In this document: positions 36,126-44,592 of the stretch, piece after piece | Position numbering within the stretch: the first letter of the stretch is position 1 | Layout: each line of letters starts with the position of its first letter | Assembly: GCA_002401885.1 (NCBI GenBank) | Contig: NVUL01000044.1 | Span: forward strand, 7,680-71,679 | From: SAR86 cluster bacterium | GTDB lineage: Bacteria; Pseudomonadota; Gammaproteobacteria; Pseudomonadales; Pseudohongiellaceae | DNA: 64,000 nucleotides | Direction of reading: 5' to 3' | Made by a program: the position numbers and the translations under genes | Notes under the pieces: generated by a model | Told to the model about the DNA's origin: nothing | The model's database searches: none | The model's input: only the letters and a program-made list of their open reading frames with translations

Positions 36126-36246
36126 TTTGCTTATTGTTTTTCTAGCTTCAATTGTACGGAGCGATGGTTTTTTGTTGGATCTTCGTTTTAACCTGGGCCA
36201 ACCCATTGGTCGCTCCAGCTTAGATAATACACGCCACCGACAGCAA

Positions 36247-37017
36247 CTAATTTAATCTTTGTTGAAATAACCAGGAATTCAATTCTTGATTTCCATAAGC
36301 AGCGTCCCAGGAATTATGATTTACTCCTGGCAATTCCGAATAGTGCACCTCCGCTCCCAGAGCTTTCAGTTGCTGAAACATGTTCCGCGATTCTTCGACA
36401 GGAACTATAACATCGGCATCGCCGTGTACTATCCATATTGGCTTATCCTGTAAGTCTTGAGCCAAGTCTGCATAGGGGTTCACTGATCCCGAGATAAAAG
36501 CTGGAAATCGATCACCAAGTCCAACGAAGCCACAAACAGCCACCATGGCAGCAAATCGTTCCGTGTGCTTGTAGCCTAGATACCAAGTGCCGTTCCCGCC
36601 CAAAGACAAGCCCGTGAGATACTGTCGAGATTCATCTACAGAGTATTTCTCTATGGTTGCATCCAATGCGGCCATGGCAACATCAGCTGCTATACCCTGC
36701 CAGGATTCTCCCGCCGGAACCTGTGGAAATATTGTGATTGCGGGCCAGCGCTCCGGGTTTTGACGAATCGCGTTTCCCAAGCCGACTGTGGATTGCTTTA
36801 GCCCATCATTACCGCGTTCTCCAGCACCATGGAGGAAGAGAATAACAGGCCAGTCTTGAGAATTGTCATAGTCCTCGGGAACATACAACCGATAGCGGTG
36901 AGAACTACCATCAAGTTCAATGCTACGGTCGAGGAAACCCGTTTGCGGCAATTGCGCACTGGCAGTGCATGTTAAGAATAGAAACACAATAACGCTGGCA
37001 TTAGAAAATAATTTCAT
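36247..37017 (-). CDS. secreted alpha/beta-hydrolase (carboxylesterase / PHB-depolymerase-like)
   Basis: Signal MKLFSNASVIVFLFLTCTASAQ (AAGGA Shine-Dalgarno before the ATG at 37017). Motifs ILFLHGAGERGNDG, nucleophile elbow GLSLGGNG, and HGDADVIVP. Confidence 0.85.
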   Translation of the reverse strand: MKLFSNASVIVFLFLTCTASAQLPQTGFLDRSIELDGSSHRYRLYVPEDYDNSQDWPVILFLHGAGERGNDGLKQSTVGLGNAIRQNPERWPAITIFPQVPAGESWQGIAADVAMAALDATIEKYSVDESRQYLTGLSLGGNGTWYLGYKHTERFAAMVAVCGFVGLGDRFPAFISGSVNPYADLAQDLQDKPIWIVHGDADVIVPVEESRNMFQQLKALGAEVHYSELPGVNHNSWDAAYGNQELNSWLFQQRLN

Positions 37018-37169
37018 CTGTCTTGTCCTTTTAGTACAAATGGCGTTCATAAGTAGCTCAGTATATCTGGGTTAAACTATGCAAACCTGGGAGGTCAGAT
37101 TTATACTAAAAATGTGGTCTGTTCCATTACACTCATCTTTTCCTAAATCTACTTTGTTAGGCAATCAAA

Positions 37170-37916
37170 TTAACTTGGTGTTCTAGATTCCAAGCGCAAG
37201 TTTGACTCGATCCACTCTTTTGCGAATTCCACAAAACTCGTTGCTGGAAATAGTTCCGCTTCGGAGTCACCAACTAGTCCGATACGGGCAATCCCTGTCT
37301 TTAGATAGTCGAGGAGTATCCTCGGGAAATAGTCACCCTCACTCCATTCTGCTATTCCATCGCTATCGTCGAGACTGTTTATCCACTGCTCTCCGCTATC
37401 AGCCCTTTCGTAGCGCAGCGATACTCGTCGCTTGTCCGGAACGTCTGCGAGATACTCGGCCAAGTGAGTCAATGTAACGGTGTCTGTATTCGCTCCCAAT
37501 CGCAGGACTGCTCCATTCAATTCCGTCAAGCGATCTAACACGGAGCCAGGTCCGTGGTAGTCATGGAGTTGGGTCGGGTTCAATAGAAACTCGGCATGAG
37601 GGCCGTGCACCGCATAGCGTGCTGCAGCGTGATCATTTACTTGCACGCCGCTGTGCTCGCGAAACATTTCAGGCACGACCCCCATATCTTCGTCAGCTTC
37701 CGTGGTGAGCGCGTCGAAGGGTTCATCATCATTGGCGCCAAGTACCATGACTAGGCTTCCCTGTGGCCCGAGAGTCTGAAGTAGAGCGTCAATTAATGCG
37801 TTGGCACCCCCTTCAAGTTTTCCGACTTTGCGCATGCTGGTGTGGACCATCACCGCAGAGTAATTTTGTAATCCCAATTTCTCGAGCTGCTTGATAATTG
37901 TTTCTTTAGTATTCAT
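37170..37916 (-). CDS. aminoglycoside N(3)-acetyltransferase family protein (AAC(3)-like)
   Basis: VMVHTSMRKVGKLEGGANALIDALLQTLGPQGSLVMVLG matches the Antibiotic_NAT N-terminal signature (l.vHsS...lG...GG...vi.aL...vG..GtLvm). The length from the ATG at 37916 is 248 aa. Confidence 0.8.
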   Translation of the reverse strand: MNTKETIIKQLEKLGLQNYSAVMVHTSMRKVGKLEGGANALIDALLQTLGPQGSLVMVLGANDDEPFDALTTEADEDMGVVPEMFREHSGVQVNDHAAARYAVHGPHAEFLLNPTQLHDYHGPGSVLDRLTELNGAVLRLGANTDTVTLTHLAEYLADVPDKRRVSLRYERADSGEQWINSLDDSDGIAEWSEGDYFPRILLDYLKTGIARIGLVGDSEAELFPATSFVEFAKEWIESNLRLESRTPS

Positions 37917-38244
37917 GTTAGAGCCAGCAATTGAAAGGGGAGAGCCTTCATCGGAAGCCCTAATTTTGGCGAAAAGCAATTCGAATCTCAGTTGTTAGTA
38001 GAGACAATAGAGTTAGAGAATAATTGGGATCAGCCTTGAAATACAGTAATTTTACCCGGCCGTCATGGCTATCTATCCGCTCTCTATACAAAAAACGTGG
38101 GGACAGTGATAGTCTTTATCAAATTGTAATCTACTCAGTATGTAGTTCAGTTTTTCGAAAATAGCCTTCATCGAGGCTGAGGTAATTGAAATGGCAGCAC
38201 CGGACTCTTCAATAAAGGCAATGTGTTTTTCTCGGAAAATATTC

Positions 38245-40644
38245 ATGCGCCCAATTCTCGCTCTTTCTCTGTTCATGTGCTCCGCGTTTTCCTCTGCACA
38301 AAATCTTCCTTCAATAGAAGATACCGTTGCCGATGCGAGTCGAATGGCAGGTTACTTTAATCTCTATTGGGAGGAGTCGACAGGCAAGATGTATTGGGAG
38401 ATCGATAAGCTCGATACGGAGTTCCTTTATCAAATATCGATGGGCTCTGGTCTGGGTTCAAACCCGGTTGGTATCGATCGTGGGCAATTGCGCGGTACAT
38501 ATGTTTTGTCAGCTAAGCGCGTTGGGCCGAGAGTGCTGTTGGTGCAGCCGAATTATAGATACCGCGCTTCGAGTAATAATGTGTTGGAAAGACAGGCAGT
38601 AGAAGATGCCTTTGCGCCTTCCGTGCATTGGGGTTTCGATATCGTGGCAGTGAGTGGCAATAGCGTGTTGGTAGACGCGTCCGATTTTTTCTTGCGTGAT
38701 GCGCGAAACGTGACGGGAGCTATCGCCAATCGAAATCAGGGCAACTACACACTAGATAAGAGTCGCAGCGCATTCTATCTGGAGAACACCAAGACTTTTC
38801 CAGAAAACATAGAAGTTGAATCGATGCTGACCTTTACCAGTTCCAACCCAGGAAATTTAGTGAATCGCGTTGCGGCTACTGGCGGCGCGATCACTCTGCG
38901 TCAGCATCATTCATTGGTAAAACTCCCGGATGACAACTTCAAAATCCGGATTTCGGACCCGAGGATCGGGACCAATGGCCCTACCATTCAAGACTACAGC
39001 ACGGCAATTGGCGAAGACTTGCAAGTTCGTTTAGTGGGCAAACATAGATTGGAGAAGAAGAATCCCAATGCTGCAAGTTCAGAGGCCGTTGAGCCCATAA
39101 TTTATTATGTCGACTCTGGCACACCCGAGCCTATAAAGAGTGCATTGATTGAAGGAACAAGTTGGTGGAACCAGGCCTATGAGGCGGCAGGATTCATCGA
39201 TGCCTTTCAGGTGAGAGAATTGCCAGCAGGGGCCGATGGGCAGGATGTTCGCTATAACATGATTCACTGGACCCACAGGCGAACTCGAGGTTATTCCTAC
39301 GGTGGCTCGGTCATGGATCCGCGTACCGGCGAAATCATTAAGGGCAATGTGAACCTGGGCAGCTTGCGGCTGAGGCAGGACTATCTCCACGGTCAGGGTC
39401 TCATCCCGGGCTTCGACTATTTAGAGGCGATAGCAGATAACAACTCAGCTTCAGTGAACATGGCGCTAGATAGGGTGCGGCAACTCGCTGCACACGAAGT
39501 AGGGCACACCTTAGGTTTTCCGCATAACTATTTGAGCAGCTCCTATGACCGAGAAAGTGTTATGGACTATCCGGCTCCTCTAGTCGAAATCACTGCCGAC
39601 GGCAAGATAGATCTATCGAATGCTTACGTGCAAAGAATCGGCGAGTACGACAAGTTGGCTGTTCGTTATTCCTATGAGCAATTTCCCGCCGGAGCAGATG
39701 AGGCTGAAGAGCTTGCGAAGATAATTCAGGAAAGCTTGGATCGCGGGTTATTGTTCATGGCGCACAACAATAATAATTTTATTGGAGCCGGTCATCAGTT
39801 TGCTGGTGTCTGGGACAATGGATCAAATCTCGTTGACCATTTAAAACACGAGATCGAAGTTCGCCGCATTGGTCTGGAGAATTTCGGCTCTGCCTTGATT
39901 CGCAATGGCGAGCCACTCTCTACACTTGAGTATGTGCTTCTGCCTCTCTATATGCATCATCGCTTCCAGCTAAATTCGGCGGCGCAAAGCATAGGTGGTG
40001 CGGACTATAAATATACTGTTAGGGGTGACGGCCAAATTCCTCTCGCTATTATCGATGCCGAGGAACAAAGAGATGCATTGGAGACGGTGCTCTCAACTTT
40101 GTCAGTAGACTTTCTGACATTGCCGCGGAATATTCTAGATCTGATTCCACCTCCCGCCTATCGCTATACGCAGGGCGAGCCATTTCCGGGCCGCACAGGT
40201 TTGCTCTTTGATGCGCTCGGTGCGGCCGAGGGCTCTGCTAGCTTGTCGGTTAAGCAGATATTGCATCCGGCACGCATGGCAAGACTGGTCGCATACGGCA
40301 GCATGGGTGACTACCCAGATCTCGAGGAAGTGATAGATCGTTTGTTAGAAGTCACATGGAGTGCAGACTCGCCCGATGATGACTATCAGGTGCAGCTACT
40401 ACATGTGGTTCAGCGCGTAACGGTAGATGAGATGATGGTACAAGCGAGTAGCGTAGACAGCTCCGGCGAGGTCAAAGCAGTACTTTCCGACCGCCTGGAC
40501 AAGCTGGCTAATCAGGTGGAGAGGCGTAGAAATGCTAGCGCGCACCAAGCAGCAGTTGCCGCAGATATTCGTCGCTGGCAGCAACGGCCAGAGAATTCTG
40601 TTCCAGGGCCTGCCTTACGAATGCCTCCGGGCGATCCGATCTAG
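38245..40644 (+). CDS. secreted zinc metalloprotease (DUF5117/DUF4953-type)
   Basis: Signal MRPILALSLFMCSAFSSAQ. Zincin motif AAHEVGHTLGFPHNY, followed by SVMDYP. Confidence 0.85.
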   Translation: MRPILALSLFMCSAFSSAQNLPSIEDTVADASRMAGYFNLYWEESTGKMYWEIDKLDTEFLYQISMGSGLGSNPVGIDRGQLRGTYVLSAKRVGPRVLLVQPNYRYRASSNNVLERQAVEDAFAPSVHWGFDIVAVSGNSVLVDASDFFLRDARNVTGAIANRNQGNYTLDKSRSAFYLENTKTFPENIEVESMLTFTSSNPGNLVNRVAATGGAITLRQHHSLVKLPDDNFKIRISDPRIGTNGPTIQDYSTAIGEDLQVRLVGKHRLEKKNPNAASSEAVEPIIYYVDSGTPEPIKSALIEGTSWWNQAYEAAGFIDAFQVRELPAGADGQDVRYNMIHWTHRRTRGYSYGGSVMDPRTGEIIKGNVNLGSLRLRQDYLHGQGLIPGFDYLEAIADNNSASVNMALDRVRQLAAHEVGHTLGFPHNYLSSSYDRESVMDYPAPLVEITADGKIDLSNAYVQRIGEYDKLAVRYSYEQFPAGADEAEELAKIIQESLDRGLLFMAHNNNNFIGAGHQFAGVWDNGSNLVDHLKHEIEVRRIGLENFGSALIRNGEPLSTLEYVLLPLYMHHRFQLNSAAQSIGGADYKYTVRGDGQIPLAIIDAEEQRDALETVLSTLSVDFLTLPRNILDLIPPPAYRYTQGEPFPGRTGLLFDALGAAEGSASLSVKQILHPARMARLVAYGSMGDYPDLEEVIDRLLEVTWSADSPDDDYQVQLLHVVQRVTVDEMMVQASSVDSSGEVKAVLSDRLDKLANQVERRRNASAHQAAVAADIRRWQQRPENSVPGPALRMPPGDPI

Positions 40645-40705
40645 GCTTCTAACGTGTGAACACTTTGGTTTACTGTGGGTGTAAATCGAAAGCGACGATA
40701 GATGA

Positions 40706-40741
40706 AACGATGGCTACGCAGGAGAAGCGTAAGCCATCGTT
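40706..40741. terminator. strong hairpin between convergent metalloprotease and peroxiredoxin genes
   Basis: AACGATGGCTACGC-aggagaa-GCGTAAGCCATCGTT (14-bp stem, one bulge). An A7 run follows on the plus strand, so on the minus strand the U-tract lies upstream of the stem. The termination direction is therefore unclear. Confidence 0.5.
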
Positions 40742-40766
40742 CAGTAAAAAAATAGAGCTCAGATTT

Positions 40767-41315
40767 CTAGAGTGACTTTAGATGCTGCGCCATAGTGTCT
40801 ACGTCGCTGCATGCAAATGGATCTTCAAGACAGTTATCGACCTTGCCAGCTTCTTCGAATAGTGCCGTGATCTCCCCATCCTCTACCAGCATTGAGTAGC
40901 GCCAAGAGCGAGATCCAAAGCCAAGATTTTCCTTCTTCACCAGCATTCCCATTGCGCGCGTAAAGTCAGCATTGCCGTCGGGTAACATCTTCACGTTTTT
41001 GACGTTCAATTGTTTCGCCCATTGGAACATTGAGAAAGCATCGTTGACGCTAGTGCAGTAAATCTCATCTACGCCCAGTTCTTTCAACTCATCGTACCGT
41101 TTCTCGTATCCGGGCAGGTGGGTGCTGCTGCAGGTTGGCGTGAACGCGCCTGGTAGGGCAACCACGATTATGCGCTTGCCCTTGAAAATTTCAGCGCTGG
41201 TAACGTCTTTCCATACGAATGGGTTTTCGCCTTCCGCTGATTCATCGCGAACCCGAGTCTTAAAAATCACGTCCGGAATATAACTGACTTGATTGTTGCT
41301 AGCTAGCTGTTCCAT
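40767..41315 (-). CDS. Prx5-type (type II) peroxiredoxin
   Basis: ALPGAFTPTCSSTHLPGY peroxidatic-Cys motif. ATG at 41315 (MEQLASNN...). Confidence 0.9.
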   Translation of the reverse strand: MEQLASNNQVSYIPDVIFKTRVRDESAEGENPFVWKDVTSAEIFKGKRIIVVALPGAFTPTCSSTHLPGYEKRYDELKELGVDEIYCTSVNDAFSMFQWAKQLNVKNVKMLPDGNADFTRAMGMLVKKENLGFGSRSWRYSMLVEDGEITALFEEAGKVDNCLEDPFACSDVDTMAQHLKSL

Positions 41316-41568
41316 TTTGTCCTCTTCATACAATAAGTGGTTTAGATGAAGCAAAGATACGCGGGATCATGCTATAGGTAAAACGACTTGTTTCGATCAC
41401 TACTATTGGAAAAACCGATCAGAATGATGTGCTAGCAGCAGGAATTGTGGTGAAAAAAGAGGGATAAGCCATTCCAAGGGCTTAGATGAAGAGGACTGAA
41501 GAAAGAAGGGTTTAGCAATGTGGGACGAAACAATAAGGATGGAATTAATGGGAGGTGAAATATGCAGA

Positions 41569-41922
41569 TCAGAGCATCTCGAGAATCGAGACCAGCTCCT
41601 CCATGGTGGCTGGCAGCCTTGGCTCGAGTAGTTCCGCCCTAGCGGCTGCGTAGCGGTTTTGAATATTCTCTAATGTTCTTGAATTGTGCGTCCCGCGGTA
41701 CGTAGCGATATACATTCCGATCTCGACTATGAATGTGCTGCGGCGTACAACGGCAGTCTGCTTTCGTGCGCCGAGTGCGCTGCGCACAGCGATTATTGCC
41801 GCATCCTGTAGTGCGTCATCCTGACTTAGGCTCTCTGCGAGGCTGGATTGTGCGAGTAGAGAGTTAGGTGCCGGCAGAAGGAGCAGCAGCAATAGAAGGA
41901 TTCGCTTGGGTGCAATGAACAT
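41569..41922 (-). CDS. secreted hypothetical protein
   Basis: Leu-rich signal peptide ILLLLLLLLPAPNSLLAQ. No recognisable domain. Confidence 0.5.
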   Translation of the reverse strand: MFIAPKRILLLLLLLLPAPNSLLAQSSLAESLSQDDALQDAAIIAVRSALGARKQTAVVRRSTFIVEIGMYIATYRGTHNSRTLENIQNRYAAARAELLEPRLPATMEELVSILEML

Positions 41923-42229
41923 AGGTAAAGACTACTCTGAAGCTTTCGTGGACTCTATAGAAAATATTTGAAAGTCACAATGAAGGTCAAGTAATCAGGA
42001 TTTTCGTCACCTAAGCGAACGAAGACTGTGCGACGGATATGCAGGCGCCTAGCGTAGAATAATGCAGAAATCATCTGATCCAATGTACAGTTACGACTAA
42101 TCTCCGAAGCTGAACAAATACGTGTTGCATACTGCAATAACGGTTCGAGTGGAAATTTGCATAGGCGCAGCAGTCAATCACTACAATCAATTGCGTGAGT
42201 AGGAATGTTAGCGTTAAAGTGTCCCTCCT

Positions 42230-43603
42230 ATGACGCAATCGACTCTCAGCAAGACACAGCTAGAAGGAAATCTTCGCCGCTTCATTATCTTCCGTCTGTT
42301 CTATTCTGCTCGTTTCTACTATCCAGTATTTACGGTTTTGTTCCTAGACTATGGTTTGACTCTGGAACAATTCGCCATCCTAAATATTGTCTGGGCACTG
42401 ACTATCGTATTGGCTGAAGTGCCATCCGGAGCTCTAGCGGATAGTGTCGGCCGCAAGCGGCTAGTGGTTTTTGCTGCGATCATGATGGTGATAGAGATGG
42501 GTCTGATTGTATTTGCGCCCATTGGGGCATCGCCGCTTCTGTTCCTGCTTTTTCTCGCGAACAGAATATGTTCTGGCTTATCTGAAGCAGCGGCCAGTGG
42601 TGCCGATGAAGCATTGGCTTATGACTCGCTTAAGGCTCTGGGACGCGAAGATGACTGGGCTCGAATTCTTCAGCGTACAACACAAGTTGTTTCCGTCGGT
42701 TTTTTCATGACAATGATTCTTGGTGCATTCGCCTATGATCCGAATATGGTGAACGGGCTGCTTTCGGCTATTGACCCGCAGTGGCAGCTATCCAACAACC
42801 TCGTTATTCGTCTGCCGGTAATACTGACACTAGTCACGTCATTCATCGTGCTCGGCACAGCTTTAGGATTTCATGATATTGATATTGAGGAGGATAAACC
42901 CTCCGAATCGAAGCAGCAGACGGGAACGTCTCTATTAGAACCTTTTCGAAAAATAGTAATTGCTGCAAAATGGACGGTCGGTCACCGGTTTGTGTTGTTT
43001 GTCATATTGGCGGCGCTAGCCTTGGACAGCGTGGGCAGGCAATTCGCTGTGCTTGCCAGTGAGTACTACCGCGTAATAGATATACCGGTGAGTTGGTTTG
43101 GATTTATCGGCGCAGGCATGTCTTTAGTGGGGATGGTGAATGCCATATTTTCTCGCTATCTAGTTACAAATCACTCGCCGCTATTCAATTTTCTAACACT
43201 CTCCGGTTTGTTAATGGCGGGGCTGATAGGGCTTGGGTTCGCTATACCTTACTACGGCGTAATTTTCGCCGTGGGTGCATTCGCGATGATGGGTATGGTG
43301 CAGTTTCAATCGAGCTATTACATCAATAAAGAAGTCGATTCTGTACATCGAGCAACAGTGCTCAGCTTTAAGGGGCTTGCTCTAAATTTGGGGCTTGGGT
43401 TCGCGAGTCTTTTATACACGGCTTACGTCGTGCTGCTCAGAACTCGGCAAGAAGGCGTAGTGCCGGAAGAGACACTGCGAGATCTCATATTCTTGGACGC
43501 TCTACGCGGCTTCCCTATCTATTTTCTGGCACTGTTCCTAATTTTGATGCTCTTGGGTAGGGCGCTAATAAAACCCAGGAGTGCAGTTCTCTCAAAGCGT
43601 TAG
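42230..43603 (+). CDS. MFS transporter
   Basis: About 12 TM helices, with the MFS loop motif ADSVGRKRLVVFAA between TM2 and TM3. Confidence 0.85.
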   Translation: MTQSTLSKTQLEGNLRRFIIFRLFYSARFYYPVFTVLFLDYGLTLEQFAILNIVWALTIVLAEVPSGALADSVGRKRLVVFAAIMMVIEMGLIVFAPIGASPLLFLLFLANRICSGLSEAAASGADEALAYDSLKALGREDDWARILQRTTQVVSVGFFMTMILGAFAYDPNMVNGLLSAIDPQWQLSNNLVIRLPVILTLVTSFIVLGTALGFHDIDIEEDKPSESKQQTGTSLLEPFRKIVIAAKWTVGHRFVLFVILAALALDSVGRQFAVLASEYYRVIDIPVSWFGFIGAGMSLVGMVNAIFSRYLVTNHSPLFNFLTLSGLLMAGLIGLGFAIPYYGVIFAVGAFAMMGMVQFQSSYYINKEVDSVHRATVLSFKGLALNLGLGFASLLYTAYVVLLRTRQEGVVPEETLRDLIFLDALRGFPIYFLALFLILMLLGRALIKPRSAVLSKR

Positions 43604-43674
43604 ATTGGCGAGGCGGAAATAAGAACGCCCCGAACCAAATATTCCTGGCCCAGGGCGTGAGGAGACTTTTAACC

Positions 43675-44592
43675 TTAAGGTGTAACTGTTACCGGTATGT
43701 AGGCGTTGGACCAGCAGCATTGATTATCAAACTTGCTGTCTGGTGCTTCGAAGTTATCGACTCGTAGTCGAACGATGTATTCGCCCGGCTCCCAGAACGT
43801 GGCTTCGGTCTGCACAGTTGTCCAATCTTCCGTGCCACCTTCGCTGCCTGTGGCTCGATCACGGCCAGTAATCTTCTCGGATTCGAAGTCGGGCTTAGCC
43901 GGACCCTGATGCAATACCCACTCTGTTCCCAGAGGAAAGATCACTTGCTCGAGTTCGGGATAGTCGCTGCGGTTACCGCGATCTTGTGCGTATGCAGTCA
44001 AGGTCACCGGCTTGCCAACCGATGCTGTCATGTTGTCAGCAGTGATGCCTTCACGGTCAATGGACAGCGCTCCCTTCATGTCGAAGCGGATGGTTGGGTT
44101 TAGTGAGCCAAGTGCTTGCTCACCGGCGCTCATTTCATAGGCCGTCGATGTGGCTCGTCCAGGTATGGAGTAGTTGTACCCCTCATGCTTTAGAGTCCAG
44201 ACTACTTCAGTGTCGGCCATCTCTGCCGGCACCGTTACGGCAAACACTCCGCGCTCTTGGATTCCGACGAAGCCGCGCCGGCTATACACTGGAAAGTGTG
44301 TAGGCTGCGCTCCATCGAACATTGCTGGCTCGATGAAGTTATTCGGACCGAGTGGAATATCGACGATCTCTTCTCGGTTCCGATTTACAAAGCCGAAAAT
44401 CATCGTCACAGAGGCGTCTTCATTCTTTATCCAGCCGTTGAACATTGGCCCTACAAGATCGCCGCTAGCCTTGCGTGATGCCAAGGGGTAGTCACGCAAA
44501 TGGGGCGGCACCTGCGCATACAGCGGTGCTGCGATTAGGCCCATAAGAGCTACTGCAAGAGCACGGGTAACTATTTGCCTAGATTTGCTCAT
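43675..44592 (-). CDS. secreted hypothetical protein, translationally coupled to the upstream cytochrome/copper-monooxygenase fusion
   Basis: Signal ...LIAAPLYAQ. No known motif. The C-terminus carries a CC pair (NQCCWSNAYIPVTVTP). The ATG overlaps the upstream TGA (ATGA at 44589..44592). Confidence 0.7.
   Translation of the reverse strand: MSKSRQIVTRALAVALMGLIAAPLYAQVPPHLRDYPLASRKASGDLVGPMFNGWIKNEDASVTMIFGFVNRNREEIVDIPLGPNNFIEPAMFDGAQPTHFPVYSRRGFVGIQERGVFAVTVPAEMADTEVVWTLKHEGYNYSIPGRATSTAYEMSAGEQALGSLNPTIRFDMKGALSIDREGITADNMTASVGKPVTLTAYAQDRGNRSDYPELEQVIFPLGTEWVLHQGPAKPDFESEKITGRDRATGSEGGTEDWTTVQTEATFWEPGEYIVRLRVDNFEAPDSKFDNQCCWSNAYIPVTVTP

Noticed and set aside
41355-41420. Possible OxyR box (ATAG...CTAT) upstream of the peroxiredoxin gene
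   Set aside because: The ATAG and CTAT elements are about 28 nt apart, which is not the canonical ATAG-N7-CTAT tetrad spacing.
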